Origin: an uncultured delta proteobacterium
GTDB lineage: Bacteria > Myxococcota_A > Polyangia > Haliangiales > Haliangiaceae
Length of the DNA stretch: 64,000 bases
Assembly (NCBI GenBank): GCA_963743525.1
Contig: CAVUQH010000004.1
Span: 608,001 to 672,000, forward strand
Direction: 5' to 3'
The translations under genes and the position numbers were made by a program. Below are positions 1 through 10,680 of the stretch, piece after piece. Within the stretch, counting starts at the first letter, position 1, and every line of letters begins with the position of its first letter. The notes beneath the pieces were generated by a model. The model was not told the origin of the DNA. It searched no databases and saw nothing but the letters and a program-made list of their open reading frames with translations.

Positions 1-1337
1 AGGTCGTCGATGAACTGCCGGCCCAGCTCGCGGGTGAACTCGCCACCATAGACGATGGCGTTGACCTCGAAGTTGAGCTTGAAGCTGCGGATGTCCATGT
101 TGGCCGAGCCGATGGTGCCGACCCAGTCGTCGACCACCAGGGTCTTGGCGTGGACGAAGCCGCGCTCGTACTCGAAGATGCGCACGCCGGCCTGCAGCAG
201 GCGCCAGTAGTAGGAGCGCGACGCCAGGCTGATCACCGGCACGTCGGACTTGAACGGCACCAGCAGGCGGACGTCAACGCCGCGCAGCGCCGCCGCGATC
301 AGCGACTCCTCGATGACCGGGTCGGGGACGAAGTAGGGACTGGTCACCCACACCCGCTTGCGCGACAGCGCGATCGCCTGGAAGAAGATCTGGTGCACCG
401 ACGACCACTGGCGGTCGGGGCCGGAGTCGACGATGTCGACCAGCTGGTTGCCGCAGCGGAACGGAAAGTCGGGGTAGTAGCGCAGGTCCTCGAGCACTTC
501 ACCGGTGGTGAGCAGCCAGTCCTCGGCAAAGATCTGTTGCAGCGACAGCACCGCCGGTCCCTCGATCAGGATGTGCGAGTCGCGCCACTTGCCGATGTCG
601 GGGTCGAGGCCCAGGTACTCCTTGCCCACGTTGATGCCGCCGGTCAGACCGACGCGGCCGTCGAAGACGACGATCTTGCGGTGGTTGCGGAAGTCGACCC
701 GGTCGCGGCGGCGCAGGCGGAAGCGGATCGGGTTGAACACCGCGGTCTTGCCCCCGGCCTCGTGCAGCGGCTCCCAGAAGTCGCGGCCCAGCTTGTTGGA
801 GCCGACGGCGTCGTACAGCACGCGGACCGGCAGGCCGTCGGCGGCGCGGCGAACCAGACGGTCGCGCAGCTGCTGGCCGATGCGATCGGGCTGGATGATG
901 TAGTACTCGACGTGGATGTGGTCGGTGGCGCGATCGATGCCCTCGAGCAGATCGCGGTAGGTCTTGGCCGCGTTGTCGAGGATGACGCAGTGGTTGCCGA
1001 AGCTGGCCGGCAGGCTGGTCACGCTCTGGCCCAGCGCCACCAGCGCGTGGGTGCTGGGATCGAGGTCGGGAAAGGCGCCGTGCTCGCGCATACGCCCCTC
1101 GACCGCGTGCTGCGACAGCACCGAGTCGAGGCGCTCGGCCACCGCCTGGCTGCGCTTGCGCAGGCGATGGGCCTTGGTGGCGCCGAGCAGGAAGTAGAAG
1201 AGGACGCCGATGAGCGGCAGGAACAAGAGCACCAGCAGCCACGCCAGGGTGGCCGTGGGGGCGCGCCGCTCGGTCAGAAGGAAACCAAAGATGACGAACA
1301 GATCCGCGGCTGCCAGGCCGATCCACACCCACGTCAT
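1..1337 (-). CDS. cls: Cardiolipin synthase (3' end runs off the window)
   Basis: Manual minus-strand translation from ATG 1337 (MTWVWIGL...): two N-terminal TM helices and two PLD HKD motifs (RNHRKIVVFDG, VHAKTLVVDD...GSANMDIRSF). Absent from the ORF track because it has no stop in the window. Confidence 0.93.
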   Translation of the reverse strand, partial: MTWVWIGLAAADLFVIFGFLLTERRAPTATLAWLLVLLFLPLIGVLFYFLLGATKAHRLRKRSQAVAERLDSVLSQHAVEGRMREHGAFPDLDPSTHALVALGQSVTSLPASFGNHCVILDNAAKTYRDLLEGIDRATDHIHVEYYIIQPDRIGQQLRDRLVRRAADGLPVRVLYDAVGSNKLGRDFWEPLHEAGGKTAVFNPIRFRLRRRDRVDFRNHRKIVVFDGRVGLTGGINVGKEYLGLDPDIGKWRDSHILIEGPAVLSLQQIFAEDWLLTTGEVLEDLRYYPDFPFRCGNQLVDIVDSGPDRQWSSVHQIFFQAIALSRKRVWVTSPYFVPDPVIEESLIAAALRGVDVRLLVPFKSDVPVISLASRSYYWRLLQAGVRIFEYERGFVHAKTLVVDDWVGTIGSANMDIRSFKLNFEVNAIVYGGEFTRELGRQFIDD

Positions 1338-1487
1338 CGGCGCGGATATTACCCGGGGCAGGCCCTCTCTGCGACGCACGGCGAGCGTGATACGGTCTGC
1401 AAAGATGAATTCTGGACCGCGTGGGGCGGTCCAACCGGGCGTCGCGGCGGTCGTGCGCCCACCGGCCGCCCCGGCTGAAGAAGGACC

Positions 1488-3605
1488 ATGATAGTGCGCA
1501 TTTCGACCATGGCCGGCGTGGCGCTGGCCGCTCTGGTGGCGTTCCCGGCGATCGCCGGCGCTCAGGTGACGACACGGGATCACCGCAAGAAGCGCCCGGT
1601 CGCGACGATTCACGCCACCGGGTTTTCGCCCGCGAGCGGCCCGGTGGGCACGCCGGTGTTGATCCGCGGCAGCGGCTTCGATCCCGACACCCGGGTGATC
1701 TTCGGCGACACCCAGGTCCGGCCGGAGAAGGTCACGCCGCAGGAGCTGCGGGTGCGCGTGCCGCGCGAGTTCGGCGACGGCACCATCGTCCTGCGCCAGC
1801 CGGGCGTCGGCCACGACATCACGGTCGGTCAGTTTGCGGTCGAGCTGCCACTGGCGGTGACCGGATTCGCCCCGGCATCGGGCGTGCCGGGCACGCGCGT
1901 GGTCATTCGTGGCTCGGGCTTCCACAGCGGCGTCGCCGCCACCGTCGGCGGCGCAGCGCTGCCGATCATCCGCGTGTCGCCGACGCGCATCGTCGCCGCC
2001 ATCCCGCCGGGCGCGGCCAGCGGACCGATCGCCGTGAGCTCGGGCACGACGTCGGCACGCGCACCGCGTCGGTTCCAGGTGCTGTCGCTGGCGCCGGCGA
2101 TCACCGGCTTCGCACCCGATCACGGGCCGCCGGGTACGCGCGTGACCATTCGCGGGCAGAACTTCGGCGCCCAGGCCACGGTTCGCTACGGCCATCAACC
2201 GGTGCAGGTGATCGCGCGCTCGGCCGACTCGATCGACGTGACCATTCCCACCGGGGCCGACGGCAGCGACTACCTCTACGTCTCCACCAGCGGTGGCGAA
2301 GCGCGGGCGCCGTCGCGCTTCCACCTCGATCCGGTGCCGCTGATCGCGCGCTTCACGCCGCGGCGCGGGATCGCGGGCTCGCGGGTCAACATCGTCGGCA
2401 GCGACTTCCGCGCCGGCGACCGGTTCTCGCTCGACGGCCAGCCGATGCGCATTCTCCAGCTGCGGCCGCGCCGGGTCAGCGCGGTGATCCCCAGCGGCGC
2501 GCGCTCGGCGCCGATCGTGGTCGACCGCCGCGGCTACCGGGCGACGTCGACCGACACCTTCGAAGTCATCCAGCCGCCGGCCATCGTCTCGTTCCAGCCG
2601 ATGGAGGGGCCGCCGGGCACCCGCGTCGTCGTCATCGGCGACGACTTTGGCGCCGACGCCGAGCTGTACTACGGCAAGGACCGGATGCACGCCGATCTCG
2701 GACGGTCCAACGGCCACGACCAGCTGGCCTTTGCCGTCCCCGCCGACGCCACTGACCAGTACATCACCGTGCGTACCGACGGCGGCGACGATCGCACCGA
2801 CCAGCCGTTCCACGTGCAGAACTACCCGCAGGTGACGACCCTGACCCCGACGCGAACGGTATCCGGCTCGCGCGTCGAGCTTCGCGGCGATCACCTCGAC
2901 CAGGTCGACCAGGTGCTGGTCGGGCGGCAATCCCTGCGCGTGGTCGAGCGCGACCGCCACCACCTGGCCGTCGACGTCCCCGCCGGCACGCGCTCGGGTC
3001 CGGTGTCGCTGGTCGCTTTCGGCCAGAGCTTCGATCCCCGCCGCAAGCTGGACGTCTTCGACCCGCCGGTGATCCGCAAGATCGAGCCCCACGTCGGCGT
3101 CCCCGGCACCGAGGTCGTGATCACCGGCCACAACCTGACCGCCGACACCCACTTCTTCCTCGCCCGTGTGGAGCTGCCGGTGCTGCGCCGGGACAGCGAC
3201 AACATCGTCACCGTGCTGATTCCCCGCAACGCCCGCGGCGCCGCGCAGATCGTCGCCACCAACGGCAACGTCCAGGCCGCCTCCAGGCAGACCTTCACCA
3301 TGCTGCCGCCGCCGCAGCTGCACTCGATCACACCGCGCGCCGTGCAACCGGGCGCCCGCGTCACCGTCCGCGGCCGCAACCTGCCGCCGGTGATCGAGGT
3401 GGTGTGGAACGGCCGCATCCTGCCGCTGGTCTCACGCCAGCGCGATCACCAGATCGTCCTGCGCATCCCCGACGAAACGCCGCCGGGCAAGGGCCGCCTG
3501 ATCCTGCGCACCCACGGCATCGGCATCGCCCGCTCGCGCGTCAACCTGGTGGTGCAACCGCCGGCGCCCGACGTCAAGGTCAAGGACCACCGCAAGCACC
3601 GGTAG
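1488..3605 (+). CDS. Secreted protein of about 8 tandem IPT/TIG-like Ig domains
   Basis: Signal peptide; repeated units such as 'ITGFAP..G.PGTRVTIRG.NF'. Confidence 0.85.
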   Translation: MIVRISTMAGVALAALVAFPAIAGAQVTTRDHRKKRPVATIHATGFSPASGPVGTPVLIRGSGFDPDTRVIFGDTQVRPEKVTPQELRVRVPREFGDGTIVLRQPGVGHDITVGQFAVELPLAVTGFAPASGVPGTRVVIRGSGFHSGVAATVGGAALPIIRVSPTRIVAAIPPGAASGPIAVSSGTTSARAPRRFQVLSLAPAITGFAPDHGPPGTRVTIRGQNFGAQATVRYGHQPVQVIARSADSIDVTIPTGADGSDYLYVSTSGGEARAPSRFHLDPVPLIARFTPRRGIAGSRVNIVGSDFRAGDRFSLDGQPMRILQLRPRRVSAVIPSGARSAPIVVDRRGYRATSTDTFEVIQPPAIVSFQPMEGPPGTRVVVIGDDFGADAELYYGKDRMHADLGRSNGHDQLAFAVPADATDQYITVRTDGGDDRTDQPFHVQNYPQVTTLTPTRTVSGSRVELRGDHLDQVDQVLVGRQSLRVVERDRHHLAVDVPAGTRSGPVSLVAFGQSFDPRRKLDVFDPPVIRKIEPHVGVPGTEVVITGHNLTADTHFFLARVELPVLRRDSDNIVTVLIPRNARGAAQIVATNGNVQAASRQTFTMLPPPQLHSITPRAVQPGARVTVRGRNLPPVIEVVWNGRILPLVSRQRDHQIVLRIPDETPPGKGRLILRTHGIGIARSRVNLVVQPPAPDVKVKDHRKHR

Positions 3606-3624
3606 CGCCGCGCTGCCCGAAGGA

Positions 3625-3978
3625 TCAGTGCGGGCCGTCGATGGAGACGCCGGTGCAGGCGGTGTGCAGCTCGTCGAGCTGGTGATACCGCTTGGCGGCG
3701 AGAGCTTCGGCCTGGGCGGCGCGGGTCTCGGCGGCGCGAGCGCGAGCTTCGGCGGTGCGCGCGCGCAGCTCGGCGGCGTCGGCGCGGCGGCGCAGCTCGG
3801 TCCGTCCACCGCTCTGGTTCCAGGCGATGGCGTCGAACACCGAGGCGAAGAATAGCAACGCGACGATGATGCCGATGACCAGCTGCGGCCGGCGATGAGG
3901 ATCAGCCCTGGGCGCGGTTCCGGCTTCGCGTCGGAGGGACTGAGAAGCGGGGGAACGGTCGGGGGCTGGGTGGGTCAT
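3625..3978 (-). CDS. Hypothetical single-TM coiled-coil protein (paralog of 3983-4486)
   Basis: PDRS..LRREA, RRPxLV, TM segment and Ala/Glu/Arg coil align with the neighbour. Confidence 0.6.
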   Translation of the reverse strand: MTHPAPDRSPASQSLRREAGTAPRADPHRRPQLVIGIIVALLFFASVFDAIAWNQSGGRTELRRRADAAELRARTAEARARAAETRAAQAEALAAKRYHQLDELHTACTGVSIDGPH

Positions 3979-3982
3979 CGTC

Positions 3983-4486
3983 TCATCTACAGTCTGGCGC
4001 GTTTGGCAGGTAGAGGCACGTCGGATCCGGACACCGCTCGTCGGGGGCGCAATCGGTGACGTCGAAGCGCAGCGGCCGGGTAAGCTGCTGCAGCAGCTCG
4101 ATGCGGGCCCGGGCGGCCGCGATGTCGTCGGGGGTGGACGACGGGCTCTCGATCACCCGCTGCGCGGCGCCGAGCTCGTCGTTGATGGCGTCGAGCAGGG
4201 GCAGCAGGCTGGAGTGATGGGCCGCGCGGGCCTGCGCCTCGGCGGACCAGACGCGGGCCTCGGCGGCGTCGGCGCGGGCTTCTGCGGCCACGGCCCGGGC
4301 ACGCAGCTCGTCGCGCTGCACGGTTTGGCGCCAGACGGCGGCATCGAGTAGGGACGCGAGAAAGACCAGGGCGACGGCGGAACCGACGACCAGGAGTGGG
4401 CGGCGAGCGGCTGCCGGCAGCGGCAGCAGCGCCTCGCGGCGAAGGGTCGGACAGGACGAGGAGCGATCAGGTCGAGAACCGGCCAT
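3983..4486 (-). CDS. Hypothetical single-TM coiled-coil protein with Cys-containing C-terminus
   Basis: N-half matches 3625-3978; C-half matches 4597-5352. Confidence 0.65.
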   Translation of the reverse strand: MAGSRPDRSSSCPTLRREALLPLPAAARRPLLVVGSAVALVFLASLLDAAVWRQTVQRDELRARAVAAEARADAAEARVWSAEAQARAAHHSSLLPLLDAINDELGAAQRVIESPSSTPDDIAAARARIELLQQLTRPLRFDVTDCAPDERCPDPTCLYLPNAPDCR

Positions 4487-4537
4487 GTAAGAACTTTATC
4501 ACTGGCGGGGTTCCCCGCGCGGTCACGGGCATCACAC

Positions 4538-4568
4538 AAAAAGAAGGGCGCCCCCGTCGGGGCGCCCT
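4538..4568 (-). terminator. Intrinsic terminator after 4597-5352
   Basis: AGGGCGCCC/GGGCGCCCT stem followed by a T-rich tract on the minus strand. Confidence 0.7.
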
Positions 4569-4596
4569 GGTAGGTGACGGTCGGCCGGTGGCCCCG

Positions 4597-5352
4597 CTAA
4601 CAGTCGGGGTTGTTCGGCTCGGTGATGCACTTGGGATCGATGTGCACCCCGTTGTCCTTGGGCTTCTTGTGCGAGCGGCTCTTGATCCGGGAGCGGGTCT
4701 GGTTGGCCTTCGCCTTCAGCTTGGCCAGCTTCTCCTTGGCCGCGGCGATCTCCTCGGCACTGGCGGCCTTGTTGTCGATGATCTTCTGCGCCTCGTCCAT
4801 CTGCGTCTGCAGCTCGTCGAGCTGCTTCTGCATCTCTTCGACGTCGCGCTTGGCCTGCTCGGCCTCGCGCTGCGCCTGCTCCAGCTGAGCCTGCTTGGCC
4901 TTCTGCTTGGCCTCGTTCTCGGCGTTGGAAGCGATGAGGAACCAGGCCAGGCCGCCGACGATCAGCACCAGGCTGACGGCGGCGATGATCAGGCCGGTCG
5001 GGCGCTTCTTCGACGCCTCGATGCGGCGGAGCTCCATCTCTTGCTGCAGGCGATCCTGCTCGAGCCGTGCCTGCGCCTCGATGCGGGCGCGGGTCTCGGC
5101 TTCTTGCAGCCGCATCTGCTCGTCGCGGGCGCGCCGTTCGGCCTCTTCGCGCTGGCTGCGCTCGGCGTGCTCAGCGGCTGCGCGGGCGGCTTCTTCCTGC
5201 TCGCGCTTTTGCCGCTCGGCTTCCATCTGCTGACGGATCCGCTCCTCTTCGGCGGCGCGCCGTGCAGATTCCTCCTCGGTGACCCGCTGCTCCTCGATTT
5301 GCTGCAGCTCGCGCAACGAGAAGAGGACGGAGTTTTCGCGCTGTTCGGCCAT
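4597..5352 (-). CDS. Coiled-coil single-TM protein with N-terminal ENSVLFSL motif
   Basis: Start MAEQRENSVLFSL; E/R/Q-rich coil, TM helix, second coil, C-terminal CITEPNNPDC. Confidence 0.8.
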   Translation of the reverse strand: MAEQRENSVLFSLRELQQIEEQRVTEEESARRAAEEERIRQQMEAERQKREQEEAARAAAEHAERSQREEAERRARDEQMRLQEAETRARIEAQARLEQDRLQQEMELRRIEASKKRPTGLIIAAVSLVLIVGGLAWFLIASNAENEAKQKAKQAQLEQAQREAEQAKRDVEEMQKQLDELQTQMDEAQKIIDNKAASAEEIAAAKEKLAKLKAKANQTRSRIKSRSHKKPKDNGVHIDPKCITEPNNPDC

Positions 5353-5572
5353 CGATTTCCCTCGAACGTTACGGCTTGGAGTGTGCGCTGGCCCCGCCCC
5401 GACGGCAAGACCCCACAAAAAACCAGTTTTAACACGCACCTAGGGGGCGCGCAAAGGCTACCTTCGCAGCCGACTGGGATTGTACGCACACGACGCGCGC
5501 CCGGTGCCAGGGGTTGCGGTGGGATTTGCCCCCGATGCCGCCGCTGGGGTACGAGAATGGGGCTGACGACCG

Positions 5573-6295
5573 GTGGCGTTCCTGGACCTACATAGTCACG
5601 TGCTGCCCGGGCTGGACGACGGCTCCCCGGACCCGGAGACGTCGATGGCGATGCTGCGCGGTCTGGCCGCCGTCGGCTTCGACGTGGTCTGCGCGACCCC
5701 ACACCAGAAGGCCGGCCAGTTCATGCCGACCCTCGAGGCGATCCGCGCGGCCCACAGCGCCACCCGCGAGGCGTTGTCAGCCGCCGGGGTGGCCCTGACG
5801 TTGTCGCTGGCGGCCGAAAACATGTGGGACGACGTCTTCTTCGAGCGCGCCCAGTCGGGCACCATCCCCAGCTACGACGATGGTCCCGCCTTTCTGTTCG
5901 AGGTCCACCCGCGGCAGCTGCCAGTCGGGCTCACCGATCATCTGTTCCGCATCCGCATGGACGGCAAGCTCCCGGTGGTCGCCCATCCCGAGCGCTACCA
6001 GCCGCTGTGGACGGCGCCCGACATCATCGACACGCTGCGCGACCAGTGCGCGCTGGTGGTCGACCTCGGAGCCGTCGCCGGCTACCACGGGCGCAAGGAG
6101 AAGAAGGTCGCCCGCCGCCTGCTCGAGGAAGGGATCGCCCACGCCGCCGCCAGCGACGCCCACACTCCCGCCGACGTCCGCGTCGCCGCCGAGGGCATCG
6201 CGTGGATCAAGAAGCGCCTGGGCGACCGCGCCGTCACCCGGCTGCTCGACGAAAACCCGCGCCGCATCGTCGCGGGCGTGCACCCCGAAGGCTGA
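5573..6295 (+). CDS. PHP-family tyrosine-protein phosphatase (CpsB/CapC/YwqE type)
   Basis: [29 protein letters not shown] motifs. Confidence 0.9.
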   Translation: MAFLDLHSHVLPGLDDGSPDPETSMAMLRGLAAVGFDVVCATPHQKAGQFMPTLEAIRAAHSATREALSAAGVALTLSLAAENMWDDVFFERAQSGTIPSYDDGPAFLFEVHPRQLPVGLTDHLFRIRMDGKLPVVAHPERYQPLWTAPDIIDTLRDQCALVVDLGAVAGYHGRKEKKVARRLLEEGIAHAAASDAHTPADVRVAAEGIAWIKKRLGDRAVTRLLDENPRRIVAGVHPEG

Positions 6296-6301
6296 GCGCC
6301 G

Positions 6302-7384
6302 GTGAAGCTCGCGATCAACATCACCCTGTCCCTCGGTATGCTCGCGCTCTGCGTCTGGCTGGTGTGGCCCAACGCCCAGGCGCAGCACGATCTCAACCAG
6401 GCGTGGGAGTCGCTGCGCTTCTCCGAGTTCTGGCCGTACCTGCTCGGCTTCCTCGGCCTCCTGGTCGTCACCCACTTCTGCCGCGCCTGGCGGTGGAACA
6501 ACTTGCTCGGGCCGATCGGCGTCAAGCTGCCGCCCGGGCGCCTGCTGACCGTGTCGTCGGTCGGCTTCATGTTCATCCTCGCCCTGCCCGCCCGCCTGGG
6601 CGAGTTCGTCCGTCCGGCGCTGATCCGCGAAAAGGGCAAGGTGTCGGCGTCGGCGGCGCTGGGCACCATCGCGGTCGAGCGCATCGTCGACGGGCTGATC
6701 GTGTCGCTGTTCGTCTTCGGCGCCTTCTTCGCCCAGCGGCACAGCCCGCTCGCCCAGTCCCAGGGCTGGATGATGCCGACGGCGTACGTTGCGCTGGGCA
6801 TCTTCGGCGCGGCGATGCTGTTCCTCGGCTTCGCCCTCAAGTGGCCGGACGAGACCGTGCGCTTCGCCGTGCGCATGACCGGCGCCCGCTACTACGCCCC
6901 GCGCCTGGCCCGCGTCCTCGAGGTCAAGATCCGCGCGATGATCGACGGCTTCCTGGTGCTCAAGGACCGCCGCAACCTGATCATCTTCGTCATGTGGAGC
7001 CTGATCTACTGGGGCTGCAACGGCATCAGCTTCTGGATCCTGGCCCGCGGCTTCGGCCTCGACGTGCCGGTGATCGGCGCCTTTGCGGTGACCGGCCTGG
7101 TCGCCGTCGGCATCTCGCTGCCCAACGCCCCGGCGCTGATGGGCCAGTATCAGTGGTTCACCCAGCTCGGCCTGACCCTGTACGTCGGCGAGGAGATCGC
7201 CAAGGGCCGAGGGCTGGCGTTTGCCATCGCCCTGTGGGCCCTGCAGGTCGTCTGGTACATCGGCGCCGGCGCCATCTCGCTGGCCACCCCATATGTGTCC
7301 CTGTCCGAGGTCTGGAAGTCCCGCCACGCGTCAGAAACTGGCGACGCGGCGCCGACTGTCCCAGAATCGGCGCAGGTACCATGA
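6302..7384 (+). CDS. Lysylphosphatidylglycerol synthase TM-domain (UPF0104, flippase-like) membrane protein
   Basis: Multi-[22 protein letters not shown] motifs. Confidence 0.8.
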   Translation: MKLAINITLSLGMLALCVWLVWPNAQAQHDLNQAWESLRFSEFWPYLLGFLGLLVVTHFCRAWRWNNLLGPIGVKLPPGRLLTVSSVGFMFILALPARLGEFVRPALIREKGKVSASAALGTIAVERIVDGLIVSLFVFGAFFAQRHSPLAQSQGWMMPTAYVALGIFGAAMLFLGFALKWPDETVRFAVRMTGARYYAPRLARVLEVKIRAMIDGFLVLKDRRNLIIFVMWSLIYWGCNGISFWILARGFGLDVPVIGAFAVTGLVAVGISLPNAPALMGQYQWFTQLGLTLYVGEEIAKGRGLAFAIALWALQVVWYIGAGAISLATPYVSLSEVWKSRHASETGDAAPTVPESAQVP

Positions 7385-7836
7385 CCCTGCGGCACGCGCT
7401 CATCATCAGCCTCGTCCTCGGTGCCGTGTCGGCCGCCCCGGGCCGGGCACGCGCCGAGTCGCACAAGGACACCACCTATCCTTATCAGCAGGTGTGGCCG
7501 GCGGCGGTCCGCTACCTGCGCATCGACGAGGGGCTCACGATCGTCGAGCGCGACCCGGACGCCGGCTACGTGTTGTTCGACCTGACCGAGGAGAAGCGGA
7601 CCTTCCGCGGCGCCCTCGAGGTGGTCAAGCTGAAGGACTCGGACGGCCGCCCATCGGTGCGCCTGATCCTGCGCATCGACGACCGCCCGGCGTACATGGA
7701 GATGGGCATCCTCAACCGGATGCTGCGCAAGATGCGAACCGAGCTCGGCCCCGAGCCGGATCCGCCGGCCCCGCCGCCGCCGCCACCGCCGGCCAAAGAG
7801 AAGAAGCCCGACAGCCCGGCCAAGCCGGCCGACTGA
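7381..7836 (+). CDS. Secreted hypothetical protein with Pro-rich tail
   Basis: ATG overlaps the upstream stop (ATGA); signal peptide ending ARA; typical codon usage. Confidence 0.7.
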   Translation: MTLRHALIISLVLGAVSAAPGRARAESHKDTTYPYQQVWPAAVRYLRIDEGLTIVERDPDAGYVLFDLTEEKRTFRGALEVVKLKDSDGRPSVRLILRIDDRPAYMEMGILNRMLRKMRTELGPEPDPPAPPPPPPPAKEKKPDSPAKPAD

Positions 7837-7854
7837 CGCGGTAGAGTCGGGCCG

Positions 7855-8880
<1,026 letters not shown>

Positions 8881-8886
8881 CATCGT

Positions 8887-9941
8887 ATGCGCGCCGTCGC
8901 CGTCCTCGTGCTCGCCGCCGCCTGCTCGGCACCGCCGCTGCCGGCCGACCTGGCCGCAGCCCAGCGGCTCGAACAGCAAGGCAAGGTCGAGGCTGCCCTG
9001 GCCGAGTACGTACACGCGCAACAGACCTGCAAGACCATCCGCATCGATCACGTCCGCCGGCAAACCTGCGCCCAGGCGCACACCGGCTACGCCGAGCTGC
9101 TCGAGGACCAGAACCGCCGCGCCGAGGCCGCCGACGCCTACGAGGCGATGCCGGCCGCCCTCGATCACGACCCGGTGCCGTCGGCCAAGGCACTGTACCG
9201 CGCCGGCCGCCTGCGCCTGGCGCTGGGCCAGGACGAGCGCGCGTACACGCTGCTGTGGAAGGCGATCACCGACTACCCCGACGTCGCCTACGCCGTCGAC
9301 GCGCTGCGCGAGCTGTTCATCGACGGCCGCCAGCGCAACCCGGGCCAGCTGTACGAGGCGCTGTCGGGGCTGGTCGATCCATTGGCCGGCAACGACGTCT
9401 CGGACAACATCCTGTTCGACATGGCGGTCATCGCCGAGAAGGACTTTCACGATCTGAAACGGGCGCGCGAGCACCTGGACACGATCATCGCCCAGTACCC
9501 CGACGGCGGCATGTTCGACAACGCCTGCTGGCAGGCGGCGCGCATCTCCCGCGCGCTGGGCGATCCCAAAGGCGCGGCCAAGCGACTGCGCACACTTCTC
9601 GCCACCCGCGAGGTGGCGTGGGGCACCGGCTCGTATTTCTCGGTGCTGCTCGACGACTCGCAGCTGGAGCTCGGCCGCGTGCTGCGCGACGACCTGCACC
9701 AGTACGAGAAGGCCGCGGCCGCGTTCCGCAAGCTGCGGTCCGACTACCCGGCGTCGATCCTGCGCGACGACGCACTGTATGAGGAGGCGGTCACCTGGGA
9801 CCAGGCCGGCGACGGCGAGCGCGCCTGCCGCGTGCTGGCCACGCTGCACGCCGACTGGCCCGACTCGAAGTACGAGCTGGAAAAGGCCCCGGCCCTGCGC
9901 AGCAAGCTGTCGTGCCCGGCGGTGGCCAAGGCGGACGCGAA

Positions 9942-9945
<4 letters not shown>
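8887..9945 (+). CDS. TPR-repeat lipoprotein
   Basis: Lipobox LAAAC; helical repeats with YP turns (DYPD, QYPD, DYPAS). Confidence 0.8.
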
Positions 9946-10676
<731 letters not shown>

Positions 10677-10680
10677 CGGC

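Noticed and set aside
150..1478. Long + strand ORF and many similar long antisense ORFs (e.g. 44620-46500, 46725-48875, 57430-59880)
   Set aside because: Shadow ORFs opposite recognisable genes, expected in high-GC DNA
2807..2822. parS-like GTTCCACGTG sequences here, near 41279 and near 52983
   Set aside because: Only half-matches to the 16-bp parS palindrome and all inside coding sequence
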